A stretch of 64,000 nucleotides of DNA, from contig OZ024740.1 of the NCBI GenBank assembly GCA_964016885.1, positions 179,366,001-179,430,000 on the forward strand, written 5' to 3'. Of the stretch, positions 59,733-64,000 are shown piece after piece (the stretch's first letter is position 1; each line of letters begins with the position of its first letter). The DNA comes from Eledone cirrhosa. Its lineage: Eukaryota. Made by a program: the position numbers and the translations under genes. The notes under the pieces were generated by a model, which saw only the letters and a list, made by a program, of their open reading frames with translations, searched no databases and was not told the origin of the DNA.

Positions 59733-60295
59733 GTCACTACTGATATTTTATATACAAAATCAATATATTTCTGACTCTAAACCGAATCAAAAACAGTAAT
59801 CATATATATTAAAGATAATTTAACGTTAGTGTAACGTTTTATTAACGTTGTTACAATTTTATAATGATTATTTAAAGCCTATCAAATCATTTCGTAATCA
59901 AATTATTCGTTTAATTTCATTTTTCAAAATGAATTACTTGAAATGTTATTTAAATAGCATAATATATTACATGTCTCGAGACAGAAGCGTGCAAAATATT
60001 TTGACAATGAAATATTTTATACGGCAAAGAAATAGATTCCGTATATGCGATAGAATATTTCTGAAGATTCGCGGATCACAATATAAAGCCACTATATGAT
60101 TGAGTGCGAAAAGGTAAGAAGACGTGGTTAGACACGCAATTAATATTTACAAATAAATAGACAAATACATATCAAATTTAATGCTAAAAAAAACAAAAAC
60201 TTATTCTGGAAGTAATAATAGGTATTTCAAGAAATACTTTTAGTCGGCTTATTTTTTTTTTTTATCAATTTTCCATTTAGTGCGAAAAATACGAA

Positions 60296-60358
<63 letters not shown>

Positions 60359-60485
60359 CATTACAATTTAGAAATTAAAAATTAAAAAATATATGATCAA
60401 CACTACTGTGTTTTTTTTTTTTTGCAAAATGACAATAATTTTTTTTTTTTTAATATCATTGTATATATATATATATATATATATA

Positions 60486-60906
60486 CAGTGATATTAAATA
60501 AATGGAAACTATATTTATATTTATAAAACCATATTTATTCTATTATATATATTTCAAGGGTACCAAAATTTGGTACGCCCTCATCAGATAAAATACAAAG
60601 TTTGTTTTATAAATATTGACATAACCAGCAAGATCTTAACGGTTCAAGTTTTTCCTGGATAGTCAATATTTATTGGTTATGTTAATATTTATAAAACAAA
60701 CTTTGTATTTTATCTGATGACGGCGCTCCAAAGTTTTGGTACCCTTGAAATATATATAATAGAATAAATATAGTTTTATAACTATAGTTTCCATTTATTT
60801 AATATCATTGAATATTATACTCTCCAGAAAACATGTCGAGTGCTTTGAATCAGTTATAAACATTTATTTTTGTTGAATTACTAACAAATTAAATATCCCT
60901 TTTGCT
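60486..60906 (+). mobile_element. ORF-less fold-back element in (TA)n with hammerheads at 60536-60595 (-) and 60706-60766 (+)
   Basis: Arms 60486-60627 and 60674-60810, tail to 60906; tattttat-CTGATGA-gggcgtaccaa(att)ttggtaccctt-GAAA-tatata-TA-atagaata. Confidence 0.88.
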
Positions 60907-60961
<55 letters not shown>

Positions 60962-61360
60962 TATTAATAATGAGTTCAAATCTCAGGCAGTCCTTTACAA
61001 TGAAATAGCTCAAAGAAATATTTCGGAGCCGTGTAATACAAGTTAATATAAATTAATATATTTGATAAACACAAATACCAACATATCCGTGTTTGTATTG
61101 TAAACGACTAAAGTTAGCTAGATTGAAAAATACTAATTATAATAATACAGTTTGCCTGTCTCGATTTAAAATAATAAATCAATAAAAGCAAAGCATATTG
61201 GCAAATGGCCGTGGTGCTTGGACAAATTTAAATTTTAAATCAAACCTGTTCCGTAGACAGGTTTAAACCCTAAAATCCAAATATGTTTCGAAAAATGACA
61301 AGTAAATATGACAAGTAAATATGTTTTGAAACAGTGAGCAGGTTTGAAATTAGAAAATAG

Positions 61361-61542
61361 AATAGTTTTCACCGTATTTTTTTACTAAAGATTATTTAGT
61401 CTGATAATGGGGTTTAGAACCGTCAGATAAATGGAAAAAGATGAGTATTGTACGTCAATACTCATCTTTTTCCATTTATCTGAGGGTTCTAAACCCCATT
61501 ATCAGACTAACATTTATTTAGTAAAAAAAATACCGTGAAAGC

Positions 61543-61546
<4 letters not shown>
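61361..61546. repeat. ~90-bp-arm palindrome with a 5-nt loop, abutting (TA)n
   Basis: Centre gagtattg-tacgt-caatactc. Confidence 0.9.
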
Positions 61547-61588
<42 letters not shown>

Positions 61589-61664
61589 TTTCTGAATTTG
61601 TTTAGCAAGATTCTTTATTGGCAACATGACCCTCCCAAAGTATAACAATATATATATATATATT

Positions 61665-61761
<97 letters not shown>

Positions 61762-61782
61762 ATATCTATATATATATATATA

Positions 61783-61857
<75 letters not shown>

Positions 61858-62480
61858 AGAGAGAGAGAGAGAGAGAGAGATCAGTATATACAGAGGGTGC
61901 ATATGTCGGTATATATTGGTTCTATTATATGTTACTCTAGATTTGTGTAGCTGTGTGTGCCACTGACCTAATGCTGACCAAAACAATCTGTTTTAGGTTG
62001 ATAACATTTCAATAACATCTATATTTCAGCTAACACATTTTGACATATTATAAAGGATAACAAAATATATTTTTTTAATTTCTTACATGGAAATTCTCAA
62101 GCACCTAGATTTCAGTACAAATTGATAGAAATATTTTTTAGGTTGTTAGTATAATATTTTTCAATATTTAGATAGAATTATTCTCCAAAGTATGACTGAA
62201 AATCAGATATCGAGAATATTTTGTTGCTCTTCAGATAGTCAAAGAAAATGCAATTTTACAAAAAACTTATGGTTCTCGTAACCATTGTGCATTAGAGCCA
62301 CACACACACACACATACACACACGCACACACACACACACACACACAACACACACATATATGTATTTATATATATAAATATATATGATGAATTTGTTGCAA
62401 TGGTTTTGATATGAAATCGTGTGTTGAAACAAGCAATGTTATATTTGGGGAGGGTCATATTATTGTAATATTGCGAGAAA

Positions 62481-62943
62481 TATATATATATAAAAGCAAG
62501 TCGGTCTCTGTGTGTGTCTGTCTGTGTGTCTGTCTGTGTACAACTACTAGGCTCCTTTTAACTTTTGAAGTACTAGGCCGATTTGCTTCAAGGAATGATA
62601 TTTCTATGTCCAGTAGGTGGTCTACGTGGTAGTGGCAGCGCCATCTTACGCATAGGGTTTAGTCTACTGAAGGACATGCGGTGCGTCTATTCCATCTTTA
62701 TCCCCTTACTCATACCTACTACAGCAAGGCCGGATCTGAAATCAGTCATGCCAATTAACTGAAGCTACCCCATGAATTGTTTTTATGTTGCCGTTTATTT
62801 CACTCAATCATGTCACTGTACACCCATTTTGTTAACATTTTTTTTACAATTACATTTCAATTCTTTGCTCAACCTTTGGCTCTCTTTATACGGACAAACA
62901 GGCTGTCATTCATTTCCCGAGCAACGCCGGGTACATCTGCTAG
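62481..62943 (+). mobile_element. Short Helitron-like non-autonomous element
   Basis: atatataaaa, gtct repeats, and cccgagcaacgccgggtacatctgCTAG end. Confidence 0.72.
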
Positions 62944-63103
62944 TATATAATAAAACCCACTCACTGTTTGGGGTGGTTTCGCTTCCTTATATTTCATATC
63001 CCTATAGTCAATTTAGCTGCCAATCAATGTTTATCATTGATTGACCAACAGTCAAAATATAAAATATAAGGAAGCGAAACCAGCCCAAACAGTGAGTGTG
63101 TTT

Positions 63104-63110
<7 letters not shown>
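62944..63110. repeat. Small fold-back element with ~55-bp arms abutting (TA)n
   Basis: ataaaacccactcactgtttggggtggtttcgcttccttatattt pairs with its reverse complement at 63056-63110. Confidence 0.85.
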
Positions 63111-63157
<47 letters not shown>

Positions 63158-63249
63158 AGAGTTCTTTCATAACACACCTGTGACATCATCAGTGATACTG
63201 TTATGTTTCCTACCGTTGTATTGTAATGGTTTCTGATTATATTATTTAT

Positions 63250-63440
63250 TTGGATTGGCAGTATCGGTAGAGAGTCGGACGCCATTATTTGCAGCAAAGA
63301 GTTACGGTTCTTTATGGATCTGAGTTCAAATCCCGCCGAGGTTAACTTTGCTTTCATCCTTACAGGGTCGATAATATAAAGTACCAGTAATACACTGGGA
63401 TAATTGCTGCCCTTGTGCCAAAAGTAGAAACAATTATTTA
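63250..63440 (+). mobile_element. Meta-like SINE copy
   Basis: Full head tggattggcagtatcggtagag, core and tail. Confidence 0.85.
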
Positions 63441-64000
63441 TTTATTTATTGTATTCTCTGTTTGCGCAGGCGTTTGTGCGCGTGTTTTCACCAAACAGAT
63501 GTAGTAGTAGTAGTAGTAGTAGTAGTAGTTGTTGTAATAGTAGTAGCAGCATCAACTGTCGTAGCAGTACGAGCCATGCGTTACAATCTCTCTTGGAAAT
63601 TTTGTGTTGGAATGTCTCATTGCTTCCTCTTGCTGAACTGGCTGTGGTCACTGCAGTCATGAGGGAAATTTATTGGTGGATTGAATGCAATAAAACCTAA
63701 AAGAAAAGATATAATAAAAAATACACCAAGAATAATAGTATAATCCATAAATAGTGCACTGGGTGAAGAATGAGGTATTTCAGAAGTAAATGAAAGGGTT
63801 CATACTATATATAAGGGTGAAAGCAGCGATTCTTTTTTTAAACTTTAATCTGTTATTTTAATAAATGTTTGCGTTGTGGTTTTTATATATTTGATATATA
63901 TCCTTATCGAAGCCTCTTTGGATTTTAGTCTTCACATTTATTATTATTACTATATATATATTGGGAGAGTCATGTTGCAATAAACAACATACGCACCAGG

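Noticed and set aside
60056-60122. CTGAAGA...GAAAAGGTA candidate
   Set aside because: Stems II and III pair poorly; compatible with chance.
63151-63197. Minus-strand CTGATGA...GAAAGAACTC beside a TA tract
   Set aside because: Stems I and II are unconvincing; at most a heavily decayed remnant.

Overview
AT-rich, microsatellite-saturated animal DNA. The repeat content suggests an octopus or other cephalopod (inference). I could not identify any host exon, and almost all long ORFs are translations of (TA)n, (CA)n or (GA)n tracts. The window is a graveyard of decayed transposable elements: two RTE LINEs with target-site duplications plus RTE 3' remnants, R4/Dong fragments, a Tx1/L1 element, CRE endonuclease fragments, a hAT transposase end, a Tc1/Tigger-type MITE, tandem non-autonomous Helitron-like elements and Meta-domain SINEs. 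It also holds several Penelope-like elements (PLEs), one nearly full length at 52561-56511. The main signal is about 15 type I hammerhead-ribozyme (HHR) motifs from roughly 10 sequence-unrelated families. Most lie next to (TA)n tracts, in PLE pseudo-LTRs or in short ORF-less fold-back elements. Many have greatly expanded stem II domains (up to about 80 nt) and a non-canonical first stem II pair. Many also have a palindromic stem III and an AATAAA just after the cleavage site, and two families have a CCGANGA core. All structures were folded by eye; coordinates are hand-counted and may be off by a few bases.
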